In this document: positions 39,783 through 50,359 of the stretch, piece by piece
Position numbering within the stretch: the stretch's first letter is position 1
How the letters are laid out: each line of letters opens with the position of its first letter
Assembly (NCBI GenBank): GCA_013375475.1
Contig: JABXKD010000010.1
Coordinates: 1-63,638 of the forward strand
Direction: 5' to 3'
Length of the DNA: 63,638 bases
Source of the DNA: Promethearchaeota archaeon
GTDB taxonomy: Archaea > Asgardarchaeota > Lokiarchaeia > Sigyniarchaeales > SOKP01
Program-made: the position numbers and the translations under genes
The notes under the pieces: model-generated
Told to the model about the DNA's origin: nothing
Seen by the model: the letters and a program-made list of their open reading frames with translations, nothing else
Database searches by the model: none

Positions 39783-40555
39783 AGTGGCAGACTCCATCTA
39801 AGCCATAATGGCAATGACAAAAAGCTAATTCTAATGTATATTAAAAAAGCCAGTAAAAGAATCAAATAAAGCGAAAATATCCAATCTTTTAAAGAATATC
39901 TAATCGTATAATAAAATGTCCGATCTTTTTTATTTCCAAAAGATCTTGATTCTAAAGCTTCAGCAACGTTAAATGCTCTTTTTATAGAACTTACAATAAG
40001 AGGAACTAAGAGAGGAAATAGATTTTTTATTTGATTAATAATCCCTTTTTTTTGCATTTCATAACCTCGACTCTGTTGAGCATCGATGATATTTTGTGTT
40101 TCTATGGCGATAGTAGGGACAAACCTAAATGCTAACGAGAAAGAAAAAGCATACTCGTATGGGATTTTCATAGTAATTAGAGATAGAGCCAAATCATTTG
40201 GATCTACAGTTAAAAAAAACAATGAGAATGCTGATATCATTATAGAGATTCTTAGGATCATAGCTATGGAGAAAGATAATCCGTTTTCGTCAATAAAAAG
40301 CGTATTAAGAACAAGGATAAAAATGTAGAGGAACGACATTCCTTTAACGCTTTTCACCCATTTTTTAAACAGTCTTCCTAAGATTATTATTGGGAGTAGG
40401 GTTATTAAAATTAGTAATAAGGGCATTATTTCCTGAAATAAAAGAGCGCTAACAGTGTATGTTATCGCCAGTAATAATTTAGTTCTTGGATCTAAGCGGT
40501 GTAAAAAAGTCTCTTTTTTCAAGAATTTGAACGCACTTAGAAATTCTAAAGACAT
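39779..40555 (-). CDS. ecfT: ECF transporter transmembrane T component
   Basis: LDPRTKL, AFRFVP, AQQSRG, ALESRSF. Confidence 0.93.
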   Translation of the reverse strand: MSLEFLSAFKFLKKETFLHRLDPRTKLLLAITYTVSALLFQEIMPLLLILITLLPIIILGRLFKKWVKSVKGMSFLYIFILVLNTLFIDENGLSFSIAMILRISIMISAFSLFFLTVDPNDLALSLITMKIPYEYAFSFSLAFRFVPTIAIETQNIIDAQQSRGYEMQKKGIINQIKNLFPLLVPLIVSSIKRAFNVAEALESRSFGNKKDRTFYYTIRYSLKDWIFSLYLILLLAFLIYIRISFLSLPLWLRWSLPL

Positions 40556-41431
40556 CTATTGATTTTCCTCTTTTAATTTTGGATTTTTACTTGCTAAATA
40601 ATTGTCTAAAAAAGTAACTATTTCATTTTCTCTTATGACTTCTTTAGGGACGGACACTCCTATTTTCTGAAGTTCTTGTTTGAATAGATATATTTGTGGC
40701 ATAATTAATGAGGATTTTGAAATTAAAAACTCATTAGTAAAAATATTCTGTGTTGGACCATCCGCAATAATATGTCCTCCGCTCATCAAGATTGTTCTTG
40801 GAACATGTTCTGCTGTAAACTCTATATTATGCGTTACCATTATTATTGTTTTTCCCCTTTTTAACTCGCCCTTTATTAATCCTAGTAAGAAATTTATTTC
40901 TTTTGCATCTTGACCTAAGGTCGGTTCATCAAAAACTAGAATATCAGGGTCACGACAAAGAACTGAAGCTATAGCTAATTTTTTTGATTCACCTCCCGAT
41001 AAGTTTAATGGGGATCTTTTACGATATTTTTCGAGGTCAAATTCTTCTAATACCTGATCAATTTTTATTTGAATTTCTTCTTTATTTAAATTTAGATTTT
41101 TCAAGGAAAATTTAATTTCATCCTCTAATGTATTAGAAAATAGTTGATGCATAGGATTTTGGAAGATAACTCCAACTTTTTTAGATATTGTAGCTATAGA
41201 TTTTGAATCGATATTTTCTCCATCTACATAAACGCTTCCTTTTGTAGGTCGGATTAAACCATTAAAAGTTCTAATTAAAGTCGTTTTTCCGGCGCCGTTC
41301 TGACCCATAATTGCTAAAAATTCACCGTGATTAATATTTAAAGAAATCTGATTTAAGGCTACAGTTCCATTTGAATACACATAATCAACATCGTTTACTA
41401 TTATTAAAGGGAACGAATTTTTATCCTTCAT
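40556..41431 (-). CDS. ecfA: ECF transporter ATPase
   Basis: GQNGAGKT, FQNP, LSGGE, FDEPT. Confidence 0.93.
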   Translation of the reverse strand: MKDKNSFPLIIVNDVDYVYSNGTVALNQISLNINHGEFLAIMGQNGAGKTTLIRTFNGLIRPTKGSVYVDGENIDSKSIATISKKVGVIFQNPMHQLFSNTLEDEIKFSLKNLNLNKEEIQIKIDQVLEEFDLEKYRKRSPLNLSGGESKKLAIASVLCRDPDILVFDEPTLGQDAKEINFLLGLIKGELKRGKTIIMVTHNIEFTAEHVPRTILMSGGHIIADGPTQNIFTNEFLISKSSLIMPQIYLFKQELQKIGVSVPKEVIRENEIVTFLDNYLASKNPKLKEENQ

Positions 41432-41443
41432 GACTATTTTGGG

Positions 41444-42283
41444 TTATTTAATCGTTTTTAATATACTTATGGCTTCTTGAATTGAAGCAGGAATATCATA
41501 TTGAAATCGATCTCTATTTTTTAATTCATTGAAGATTGAATATATTTTTGGTTTATTAATATTCAAATTCTCAAATGTGTTAGAATTTATAACCTTCTCC
41601 TTAGCACCATGAGATATAATCTCACTTTCCTTCATTAAAATTATTTCATCTACTAATGGAAGAATTAAATCCATTCGGTGTTCGCTAATTATGATTGTTA
41701 TTTTTTTTTGTACTTGAATTTTTTTTAATAGGTTTAAAATCTTCTTTGCAAATAATGGGTCCAAGTTTGCTGTTGGTTCGTCCAATACAATTACTTTAGG
41801 TTCTAGCACTAAAATTGAAGCAATAGCAACACGTTGTTGCTCACCACCACTTATCTCAAAAGGGGCTTTATCTAAAATACTTTCAATTTCAGTTATTTCT
41901 ACAACTTCTTTAATTTTTTCTTTTATCCTTTCCCTTGGAGTTCCTAAATTCTCCAAACCAAAAGCTATCTCATGTTCTACATTCATTGCAATCAATTGGT
42001 TCTCAGGATTTTGAAATACAATACCAACGTCATTAGATAATTGGGATATTGTTGTTTCAATAGTGTTCTTTCCTGAAATCTCTACATTTCCTTTATAAAA
42101 ACCAGCATAAAATTGGGGTATTAATCCGTTCATACATCTAATTAATGTAGTTTTCCCAGAACCCGTCTCCCCAGCTAATAAAATAAATCTATTGGAATCT
42201 AGTTCCAAATTAATATTTTTGAGCGCGTACTCGTCGTTTCCTTTATAGCGAAAATAAAAATTATTAAATTTAATTAAGCTCAT
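41444..42283 (-). CDS. ecfA: ECF transporter ATPase
   Basis: GETGSGKT, FQNPENQ, ISGGEQQR, LDEPT. Confidence 0.93.
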   Translation of the reverse strand: MSLIKFNNFYFRYKGNDEYALKNINLELDSNRFILLAGETGSGKTTLIRCMNGLIPQFYAGFYKGNVEISGKNTIETTISQLSNDVGIVFQNPENQLIAMNVEHEIAFGLENLGTPRERIKEKIKEVVEITEIESILDKAPFEISGGEQQRVAIASILVLEPKVIVLDEPTANLDPLFAKKILNLLKKIQVQKKITIIISEHRMDLILPLVDEIILMKESEIISHGAKEKVINSNTFENLNINKPKIYSIFNELKNRDRFQYDIPASIQEAISILKTIK

Positions 42284-42324
42284 GAAATTGGATATCTATA
42301 GTTCTTTTTAGTTTATAAGGATAG

Positions 42325-43320
42325 TTAATTAATTAAAGTTTCTTTTATTTTATCGATTAATTGATTCAGAGTTTCCTCTACATTATTCTTACCATTCAAG
42401 GTGGCAGCACCATCATGTCCACCACCATTCACATTATTTATTTCTCTGATAATTTTCCCGAGATGCAAACCCGTTTTTAAACAGACTTGTTTTTTTGCAC
42501 GAGTGGTGATTCTAAAATCGGATTTATCTTCAGATACTACAATTCCAATGTCAAAACCTACTTTTATTAAAGTTGAAGCAGCAGAGGCGCTAAAACTACT
42601 AAGATGTGATATTCCAATTAACCAATTGTTAATTCGAATCAATTTAACTCTTTGAAGCGTCTTAATTCTGGCAATTTTCTCTGAGATATCTCTTTCTCTT
42701 TCTAATAAGGGAATGATATCTTGAATTTCTACTTGACCTTGTAGGATCGTATTTAAATTATTTATAGTTCTAGTATTTCCATACTTGAGAAATCCAGAGT
42801 CAGCTAAAATTGCTGACACTAGAAGAAATTTGTATGGTAACGGAAGTTTTACATTGTAATCGTTAAAAAAATCTAGTACTATCTCTGATGTAGAAGAATA
42901 GTTATCAAAAATTAAATTTAGAGACGAAATATTGTATGGATAATTTATTTGTAAATTTAAATGATGATCTATAAAAATAAAAGGAGTATTCAAATCTATA
43001 TTATTAAAAAGCTTTATTTGATCTAGATTGTTTGAGTCAGCTATTATGATAACATCAGCATTTAAGAACTCTTTATCTACATGAAAGGAAAGATTAAAGT
43101 CAGGAAATTTCTGGATAAAATTATCTAAAAAACTTTTAGTATGTTTAGATAGTCCTGAAAATATCAAATCCACATTTTGATTTGAAAAAATATTTTCAAA
43201 AAAGAATTTTAAACACAGACCAGAGATAAACCCGTCAAGATCAACTAAGTCATGTGATGTAATTAAAAGATTTTTTCCCTTTAGATATGTTATAAAATCA
43301 TCTTTTTTAGATGTGCACAT
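42325..43320 (-). CDS. DHH/DHHA1 phosphoesterase
   Basis: H..VDLDG, IDHH, DSG, GGGHDGAA; ATG 43320 avoids overlap with pfdB. Confidence 0.92.
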   Translation of the reverse strand: MCTSKKDDFITYLKGKNLLITSHDLVDLDGFISGLCLKFFFENIFSNQNVDLIFSGLSKHTKSFLDNFIQKFPDFNLSFHVDKEFLNADVIIIADSNNLDQIKLFNNIDLNTPFIFIDHHLNLQINYPYNISSLNLIFDNYSSTSEIVLDFFNDYNVKLPLPYKFLLVSAILADSGFLKYGNTRTINNLNTILQGQVEIQDIIPLLERERDISEKIARIKTLQRVKLIRINNWLIGISHLSSFSASAASTLIKVGFDIGIVVSEDKSDFRITTRAKKQVCLKTGLHLGKIIREINNVNGGGHDGAATLNGKNNVEETLNQLIDKIKETLIN

Positions 43321-43336
43321 AAAACTTTCAAATAAA

Positions 43337-43693
43337 TTATTGATTTTGAAGATCTGCTTGAAGAGATTTTTGCATATTTTCAAACGTACTCTTAGTTCTT
43401 TCTATTTTTTGAGCAAGTGTGTTAGATCTCATATTTAGAGTTTCTTTATCTGATTTTTTCTCGTCTAAAAGTTTGTTTCTTTCGCTTTTAACCAAAATTC
43501 CGCCAATCTGTTTATATACTACTGTATCAGGATTAGCTTTCTCTAATTCTTCTAACGCTATTTCTGTTTCTCTTATAGTACTATCAATTTGTAGTTTCTG
43601 TTGGGTAAGAAGTTCTAAAGATTGTCCTAACTGAGTTAAATTTTGAAATTTCTTTTTTGTTTCTTCATCTAATTGATCCAAATTAATTGTCAA
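43337..43693 (-). CDS. pfdB: Prefoldin beta subunit
   Basis: Coiled coil with the VYKQIGGILV beta hairpin. Confidence 0.95.
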   Translation of the reverse strand: MTINLDQLDEETKKKFQNLTQLGQSLELLTQQKLQIDSTIRETEIALEELEKANPDTVVYKQIGGILVKSERNKLLDEKKSDKETLNMRSNTLAQKIERTKSTFENMQKSLQADLQNQ

Positions 43694-43784
43694 CGAAAAT
43701 CACACAATAAGTTTTATGATGTAAAATGTAATTTGAAATATGAAATTTACGAATAATATAGTCCATGTAATAGTAAATGCAATT

Positions 43785-44054
43785 TTATGATTTCTCAACA
43801 ATTTGTAAGACACCATCAATAATCCTTCCAAAGCTTATAATTTCATTGATAGTTGCTCTGAATGCAGTGATATCATTACTCTCAATCCGAAAAATTAAAG
43901 ATTTTTCTTCTTTGAGTAAAGAAATTGTAGATCTTTTTGACTTTTGAATATTGAATTCTGGTAAAAAGGATTTATAGGAAATATCACATAAATTAGAATT
44001 TTCGAATTGAAGCTCAAGAGTAGATTTAATCTTGTAAACGTTATTAGAGTTCAT
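43785..44054 (-). CDS. pcc1: KEOPS complex subunit Pcc1
   Basis: SFLPE...RS...IESNDITAFRATIN; superoperon position. Confidence 0.9.
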   Translation of the reverse strand: MNSNNVYKIKSTLELQFENSNLCDISYKSFLPEFNIQKSKRSTISLLKEEKSLIFRIESNDITAFRATINEIISFGRIIDGVLQIVEKS

Positions 44055-44353
44055 TATTCTTCAATAGTTTCAAGTTCGCGCTGTTTTCGCTTCGCGATCC
44101 TAAAGGATTCCGCACCACGAGGCGTTTGAGTATTGTAAGCACCTCCAGTAAACTTGGCATTACATTTCTTACAATGCCATATACCCGTGGAGACTCTATT
44201 AATAGATCCTATTGTTTCGCATCTTGGACATTTTAACTTCCCGCTTTTCTGGTTTTCCATTATAAGTCGCCATTTCTTCCTTACGTTGGCGCCGTATCGA
44301 GGTCCAAAAGTCGCAGAAATCCCAGTTTTTTTTGTTTTTCCCATAAAGATCAC
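44054..44353 (-). CDS. rpl37ae: Ribosomal protein eL43 (L37Ae); likely starts at the internal MGKTKK
   Basis: FGPRYG, CPRC, STGIWHCKKC, FTGGAY. Confidence 0.97.
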   Translation of the reverse strand: MIFMGKTKKTGISATFGPRYGANVRKKWRLIMENQKSGKLKCPRCETIGSINRVSTGIWHCKKCNAKFTGGAYNTQTPRGAESFRIAKRKQRELETIEE

Positions 44354-44449
44354 TTGGTTCTTTTAATGTACTGTGTTTAAATAAAAATCAGTATAAACTT
44401 TAAATTTTTCCAAAAAAGAAAAATAGAATATTCTAACTCTAATTGCTAT

Positions 44450-44468
44450 TTAGGGATATTATCCCTAA
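44450..44468. promoter_or_regulatory. Inverted repeat between rrp42 and rpl37ae
   Basis: TTAGGGAT-ATT-ATCCCTAA, 8-bp perfect stem. Confidence 0.4.
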
Positions 44469-44544
44469 GCTATTAAAAATCAAATTAAATTTAAAAGATA
44501 ATCAAATAAAAATAAAATTTAAAAAATATAAATTAATAAAAGAA

Positions 44545-45369
44545 TTAGTTGTCGCGTTTATATTGCCATAGGTTTAATTCTTTTCTTGCTTTGTTGCCTA
44601 TTTCAACAGATTTTTTGCTCAGCATTTCTATTTGTTCTAAAGAAAAAGTAGCATAACCGCTTTTTTGAATGGATGTTATTTTATCTTCAGTTACTGAAAT
44701 CGAGATTTTCCCATCACAAACTAATTCTTCTGGTAGACTTGGATCCAAGAAGATGATATCTCCAATTTTTCCGTAGGTAATCACCATGGGAAGTTCATTT
44801 ACAATAGTTTTTCCAGTCAAATATTTGCCTGTCCATTCTAAGTTTCCATCATTCCATTTTCCTTCTGGAATGCGGCTTGAAATTAATGTAGTTAAAGCAC
44901 TTACGCCTCCAGCATCAATTAAATTTCCAGAATAATTAATCACATAAATATCTACAAATAGAATATACACTGCTTCTTTTTCCTTTATGCATAATTTCTT
45001 GGTTTGGACACAATCTGCATGTCGAATTCCTCGATCAACTACACGTGCTAGTTCTATTGATTGTTCGTCTGGAGGACCTCTTTCAAATAGAGGAGATGCT
45101 AAAGGTAATAACTCTGCCATAAATGTACAAACGCCTTCATTTGGCAGATCGGGAAATGGTGCGCCCACTTCGTACTTCAATCCGGTAATTACTTTTGTCT
45201 CTCCCAAAGTTACTTCAGCAGAACCTTCTGCTGAGGCAATAACATCGCTTTTAACAGTCCAATCTCTGTATTCCCAAAGATCTCTTCCATCAATTCTTTC
45301 TCCTTTTTTCAAATTAGAAAGAATATAATTCTTTTCAATTGTAGAAATTACTCTTTTTATATCCATCAT
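44545..45369 (-). CDS. rrp42: Exosome subunit Rrp42
   Basis: RIDGR, AEGSA, ELARVVDRGIR, GNLIDA. Confidence 0.96.
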   Translation of the reverse strand: MMDIKRVISTIEKNYILSNLKKGERIDGRDLWEYRDWTVKSDVIASAEGSAEVTLGETKVITGLKYEVGAPFPDLPNEGVCTFMAELLPLASPLFERGPPDEQSIELARVVDRGIRHADCVQTKKLCIKEKEAVYILFVDIYVINYSGNLIDAGGVSALTTLISSRIPEGKWNDGNLEWTGKYLTGKTIVNELPMVITYGKIGDIIFLDPSLPEELVCDGKISISVTEDKITSIQKSGYATFSLEQIEMLSKKSVEIGNKARKELNLWQYKRDN

Positions 45370-46133
45370 TATTCGTTCTCTCCTCCTTTATTATCTTCTT
45401 GAATTTCAATATATTTCTTTTTTAGCGTGTCGAGTTGAATTTCATGAATTTTAGTTAGAGCATCTTTAGCTAAAGATAGACATTTGCTAAACTCTTCTAA
45501 ATCCATTTTCCCATCAAATTGAAGTAACGACAATTCTTCGTTAAACCATGTCATAGCACAAGGTAAATCAGCTTCGCCAGCTTTATCTTCTATTCCTGAA
45601 AGATCAGTAATCAATTCTCCATCAATTTTTCCCATTGCAACGGCTGTTACTAAGCTCCTCATTGGAACACCTGCATCTGCAAGTGCTAAAGCTGCTACTG
45701 TAGTACAAGCACATCGTGTTCCACCATCAGCATCCATCACATTAATGAATACTTCAAAGGAAGTTCCGGGATAAAGTTCTAGAAATAGAACTGGTTCTAA
45801 GCAATCAGTTATAACCATAGATATTTCTTTTTCCCTACGTCCGGGTGCAGGGCGTTTTCTATCGAATACAGAAAAAGTCGCCATTCTATAAAAAACCCTT
45901 AGAATACCTCTATCGGGCTTTGCTAAATGGTGAGGATGGACTTCTCTAGGGCCATAAACAGCAGCGTAAATCTTGTTGTTACCCCACTCTAAATACGCTG
46001 AACCATCGGCATTTTCTAAAACTCCTACTTCCATTTTTATTGGTCTTAATTCGTGTTTATCTCGGCCATCAAGTCTCTTACCGTCTTCACGGAATAACTT
46101 TTCTGGGTACTCGTCTTTAATAATTAATGGCAT
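45369..46133 (-). CDS. rrp41: Exosome subunit Rrp41
   Basis: RLDGR, ADGSAY, YGPRE, RREKEIS, ADGGTR. Confidence 0.97.
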   Translation of the reverse strand: MPLIIKDEYPEKLFREDGKRLDGRDKHELRPIKMEVGVLENADGSAYLEWGNNKIYAAVYGPREVHPHHLAKPDRGILRVFYRMATFSVFDRKRPAPGRREKEISMVITDCLEPVLFLELYPGTSFEVFINVMDADGGTRCACTTVAALALADAGVPMRSLVTAVAMGKIDGELITDLSGIEDKAGEADLPCAMTWFNEELSLLQFDGKMDLEEFSKCLSLAKDALTKIHEIQLDTLKKKYIEIQEDNKGGENE

Positions 46134-46943
46134 TTAATTTATACCTCTTTTCATTTTTTCATTTTCAATATATTTAGACATTCTGTCTGTTAACCCTACT
46201 GTGTGGGCTTCTTTTTCAATTTTTCTTATCGCATCAATTAATAATCTTTCATGGGTAATATTTTCACCTTTTAACCATATACGACCATTCTGTGTTACAA
46301 AGATATTACAATTCGTCAAATTTTTTAACATCTTAATCATAGAACCACTACGTCCAATCACTCGAGGTATTTTCGGAGGGTCAATTGAGATAACCAAACC
46401 ATCTCGTCTTTTACCTAAATATTTACCCACTGTTGTTAATTCTGGTGAATTTAGTCTATCTGCTGAAAGTACTTTTACAATCAGTATATCTCCAATCTCA
46501 TACTTCTCAGTTGAATTGTCATCATTACTTGGAGCTCCACCCCTAAATCCTCTTGGTTTTCCTCGTGTTACAGTGTTCTTCGGTTTTAAAATTCCTTCTT
46601 CTTTCGAGTTAATATCGCATCTATATTTCACAGGATTTTTGTCAGTAACTAATGCGATGACTTTATCTCCTGGTCTAGGCGTATAGAATCCTCTAAGTGG
46701 AATGACATTAATATAATTTCTTTGAATCTGTTTCAGACCAATATTTAAAGATATTATCTTTGTTCTATCCTTATTGAAAATTGTCCCTCTTCCAGGAAGA
46801 AAATTTTTCGTATCTTCTGATAATATTTCACCAGGGACTACAACATCGCGAGAAGTTTCATCATCTTCAAATTCATCGATATCTTCAGTCTCATTATTTT
46901 CTGTGTTAGATTCTTCATTAGATTCATCTTGTTCATGTTCCAT
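46134..46943 (-). CDS. rrp4: Exosome RNA-binding subunit Rrp4
   Basis: VVPGE, S1 domain, KH motif PRVIGRSGSM, NGRIW, AHTVGLTD; acidic N-terminus. Confidence 0.96.
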   Translation of the reverse strand: MEHEQDESNEESNTENNETEDIDEFEDDETSRDVVVPGEILSEDTKNFLPGRGTIFNKDRTKIISLNIGLKQIQRNYINVIPLRGFYTPRPGDKVIALVTDKNPVKYRCDINSKEEGILKPKNTVTRGKPRGFRGGAPSNDDNSTEKYEIGDILIVKVLSADRLNSPELTTVGKYLGKRRDGLVISIDPPKIPRVIGRSGSMIKMLKNLTNCNIFVTQNGRIWLKGENITHERLLIDAIRKIEKEAHTVGLTDRMSKYIENEKMKRGIN

Positions 46944-47034
46944 TTATTTTCACTCTCATCTTATAATTTAATGTTTTCTTAACCATAGCTGTACAAAAAT
47001 AAATACTAATAAAAATTAGCTAATTAATTTCTGG

Positions 47035-47826
47035 TTAGGCTTTCATAAGTTTTGTTTGAACTCTTCCATGAGTTAACTTATTCAATTTATCTACTAATTC
47101 CATTTGCAAACCCGCTGGTAAACTTACTACTGATACCCACGATCCATCCGATTGCCACTCCTCTTTCTTAATCCGAGCTAATTGTGCTACGATATTATAG
47201 CCCTTTGCTGTAAAGTCTGATGGAATTTTTAGAGCTAACTCTACTTGTTCCATCCTAATAGGGATAATTACGCGTATTTGTTTAAGAACATCTTCAACTT
47301 GTTCTTCCGCGTTTCTCATTAAGTCAACTTTAACTTTAGCTTCTTCTATAGCTTTTTCTATTCTCTGATAAGGGTGTGGTTTTTTATTCTGCGGATTTAT
47401 CGCATTTTTAGTTATGATAGTTATAATCTGTTTTAATTTTTTCTCTCTTTCTTCATCTCTTTGCGTTTGAGTCCATTGAATATCTCCATCTAATAAAATA
47501 TAACACGCAATGATTCTACCTTCACTAGTATCAAAAACAGCTTCCATATCACCATCGGTAGCTTTTTTTCCTCTTCTCAAATCCTCAAACACAATAAAGC
47601 TTTCGAAAATTAACTCCATAGAGATTTTAGGATTTTTTAAAAGTTCTTCAACCGAAACGCGAGATTTTTCTTTTCCTTCAACAAGACGCTTATTGATTTC
47701 TTCTCGTATTATTTTCTTTGCTTCCCAAGCTTTATCTGGCGCTAACAGCATCTCAAATGTTCGACCTTCTTTTACAATGCGTCCAATGATGAATCCGCTC
47801 AAATCTATCCTAGCTCTGTCTATCAT
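47035..47826 (-). CDS. sdo1: Ribosome maturation protein SBDS/Sdo1
   Basis: GRTFE, NAINPQNKKPHP..RIE, EEWQSDGSW; ~25-aa insertion in the N-domain. Confidence 0.95.
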   Translation of the reverse strand: MIDRARIDLSGFIIGRIVKEGRTFEMLLAPDKAWEAKKIIREEINKRLVEGKEKSRVSVEELLKNPKISMELIFESFIVFEDLRRGKKATDGDMEAVFDTSEGRIIACYILLDGDIQWTQTQRDEEREKKLKQIITIITKNAINPQNKKPHPYQRIEKAIEEAKVKVDLMRNAEEQVEDVLKQIRVIIPIRMEQVELALKIPSDFTAKGYNIVAQLARIKKEEWQSDGSWVSVVSLPAGLQMELVDKLNKLTHGRVQTKLMKA

Positions 47827-47942
47827 AGAAATTTAACTCTAATCAGTGTATAAAATTATCTCGCTTGTTTACGCATTTTGCCTTCTATTATTAGATAAAT
47901 GTTGATGAGGTTTAACCTTGAATTATAAATATTTTTAAAAGA

Positions 47943-48659
47943 TTATATTTTGCTCAATAAATCTTCCTTTTCTTGATTACTTAATAATTTAAATTTTGCA
48001 TCGTCTTTCATAATGAAAGCTACATCACATGTATCCTTACTTAAATTATCACCCATTAATTCTTTCAAAGTTCTTAATGGCAATAACTTTAACTCCTCAT
48101 CACTAATATCTTCTTTATAATTTTCCTCAAGGTAAGCCCTTGCTTCAGTCGCTCCTGACCCAATCGCAAAAGCTTTATAACCCCACATAGCTCCGCTTGG
48201 ATCCGTTAGATACAAGGAAGCATCTCCATTGGTATCAACTCCAGCTATGAGGAAGCTCACCCCAAAAGGGCGTACCCCAGCATTCTGAGTGAAAAGTTGA
48301 AGGTATTCGCAAATATTAAGGGTACTATCTTTAACAGAAATTCTTTCATCATAGTTTAAAATATTAACTTGAGCTTGGACGCGAGCTTTATCAACTAAGA
48401 CTCTTGCGTCTGCGGTTAAACCTGCAATGGCTACACCAATATGATCGTCTACTTTAAAAATTTTCTCAGAACCAATAACTTCTTGAAGTTCTGAACTTTT
48501 TTTCTCAACAGTAAACACAACAGAGTTACTATTTCTACAAACAATAGCCGTTGTTCCTCTTCTCACGGCTTCTATGGCGTATTCAACCTGAAAAAGACGA
48601 CCCTCAGGTGAAAACTGAGTTATAGCCATATCGTAGCCCCTTCCTGCTTGCTGGAACAT
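47943..48659 (-). CDS. psmA: Proteasome alpha subunit
   Basis: GYDMAITQFSPEGRLFQVEYA, GLTADAR, RPFGVS, TDPSG. Confidence 0.98.
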   Translation of the reverse strand: MFQQAGRGYDMAITQFSPEGRLFQVEYAIEAVRRGTTAIVCRNSNSVVFTVEKKSSELQEVIGSEKIFKVDDHIGVAIAGLTADARVLVDKARVQAQVNILNYDERISVKDSTLNICEYLQLFTQNAGVRPFGVSFLIAGVDTNGDASLYLTDPSGAMWGYKAFAIGSGATEARAYLEENYKEDISDEELKLLPLRTLKELMGDNLSKDTCDVAFIMKDDAKFKLLSNQEKEDLLSKI

Positions 48660-48899
48660 AATTTTCTCCTAATAGAATTTTTAATTAATTTTTATTATGT
48701 ATTATTTTTTTGCTATTTTAATAATCAAATTATCAATAAAATTTATAATTTGTCTAAATAAACTATAACCTTTCTTGTAATTTGTATCTGAAAATACAAA
48801 TGAAAATCCTATAAAAAAACAAGAAAAAATATGAGTGATATGAACTATCAATCCTTACGCTAGTTATTCTTATTCTTTTAACTGATGGATTTTAGTTAG

Positions 48900-50093
48900 T
48901 TATGTCCTTAATTCATTTTTGTCCAAAATCCCTAAATTTTTCAGTAAAGTTTGTATCTCACTTACATTTGGTTCTGAAACGGGGGGTAACCCTAATTCTT
49001 GACGCCTACGTTCGATAGCTGGCTGAGATGGTATAGCTTTCGCGTGGTTAAAAACGGTTTTGACTTGTTCAAATATATAGTCTGGGCCTTTACCTTGAGC
49101 AATACTCTGGTTCTTCAAAAATGCGAATAAACCTGTTAATTCGATATTTTGTGGACATACTTCATCACACGTGTGACAATCTGTACAACCCCAGATTACT
49201 AAATCGTCCCCCTTTAGAAGTAAATCTTTATAGAGTAAAAGAATGGCTAACACATTCCTTCTTGGGTTATAATTTCCCATTGTAACCTTGGAAACAGGAC
49301 ATTCAGATGTGCAAATTCCACATTGCAAACATGGATAAAGCGAAGGGGTTTGCTTTAATAATTTTAATGCCCACTTTCTACTCTTTTCTGAAACACCGTC
49401 CTTGCTTACATCGTCCCAAGAACTTTTACGATACACATAAGGGTCCTTTATTGCTCGAAACCTACGAATTAGCTTGTGAAAAATCCATCCAACAAATGCA
49501 ATACTAAAGAAAAAGGAGTATATACCCACCATGAACAACGAAGTCGCTGATGTATTCGATAATATTGTATGGAAAAGAATAAGAGCCAATCCTACAATAG
49601 GAACGTTGTGGAGGATTTTATTGATATTATATCTATATCTCCGCTTAAATGCTGACGCTCTCAGTTTTTTGATTATGTTTGCCCTCACTAGGCTATTGGA
49701 CATGAAGATTAATGCCAATGCCATCACAATAACGAGAGAAGCCCATCCAAAAGTTCCTGAACGTATTTGAATATTTTCAAATTCTACTCCGATACGCACT
49801 AATGGATAATGGAGAGAACCGAGTATTAATGCAATAGCGGCCATCCATGTGTGGAAATGAAGTAACCAATCCAATTTAAAATTGGTTTCTATAACTTTAT
49901 GTTTTGCCATGATAATGACATTAAAACACATCCAAACAAAAGAAAAAATGCCAAATATACTTCCAATTTTGTGAATAATGTCAATAGATCCTAGATAACT
50001 GTATGGCTCTTCAATCCAGTAGACTATTGATGCAATTGTAGGGAAAATTGCATAAAATAGTAGCAAGTAAACCTTATTTAGTTGAGTTTTCAT
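48900..50093 (-). CDS. Ferric-reductase-like cytochrome b membrane domain fused to an HdrC-like 2x[4Fe-4S] domain
   Basis: About six TM helices with His pairs (HFHTW..LH; ILH..FH); CLQCGICTSECP and CTDCHTCDEVCPQ; HdrC-type tail RRRQELGLP. Confidence 0.8.
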   Translation of the reverse strand: MKTQLNKVYLLLFYAIFPTIASIVYWIEEPYSYLGSIDIIHKIGSIFGIFSFVWMCFNVIIMAKHKVIETNFKLDWLLHFHTWMAAIALILGSLHYPLVRIGVEFENIQIRSGTFGWASLVIVMALALIFMSNSLVRANIIKKLRASAFKRRYRYNINKILHNVPIVGLALILFHTILSNTSATSLFMVGIYSFFFSIAFVGWIFHKLIRRFRAIKDPYVYRKSSWDDVSKDGVSEKSRKWALKLLKQTPSLYPCLQCGICTSECPVSKVTMGNYNPRRNVLAILLLYKDLLLKGDDLVIWGCTDCHTCDEVCPQNIELTGLFAFLKNQSIAQGKGPDYIFEQVKTVFNHAKAIPSQPAIERRRQELGLPPVSEPNVSEIQTLLKNLGILDKNELRT

Positions 50094-50359
50094 CTTTAAT
50101 AGACCTTTAAATAATAAATTTGATGCTTTTTCAAAAACTATACTGAATTACATTCATAAGTTCCGAAATTGTATAAATAATTATACTTGTACGTTTAAAA
50201 GGATTCTTTTTATAAAATGAAAAATGCTGTATAAATTTCTTCACTATTTTTTAAACTCAAATTGCATTTTACTCTTTCTGAAACAAAAAATAATGAGTAA
50301 ATAAGGATCAGTTAACTCCTCTTATTAAAAATGAGAGAAAGTAAAAATTTTTGTTTAGA

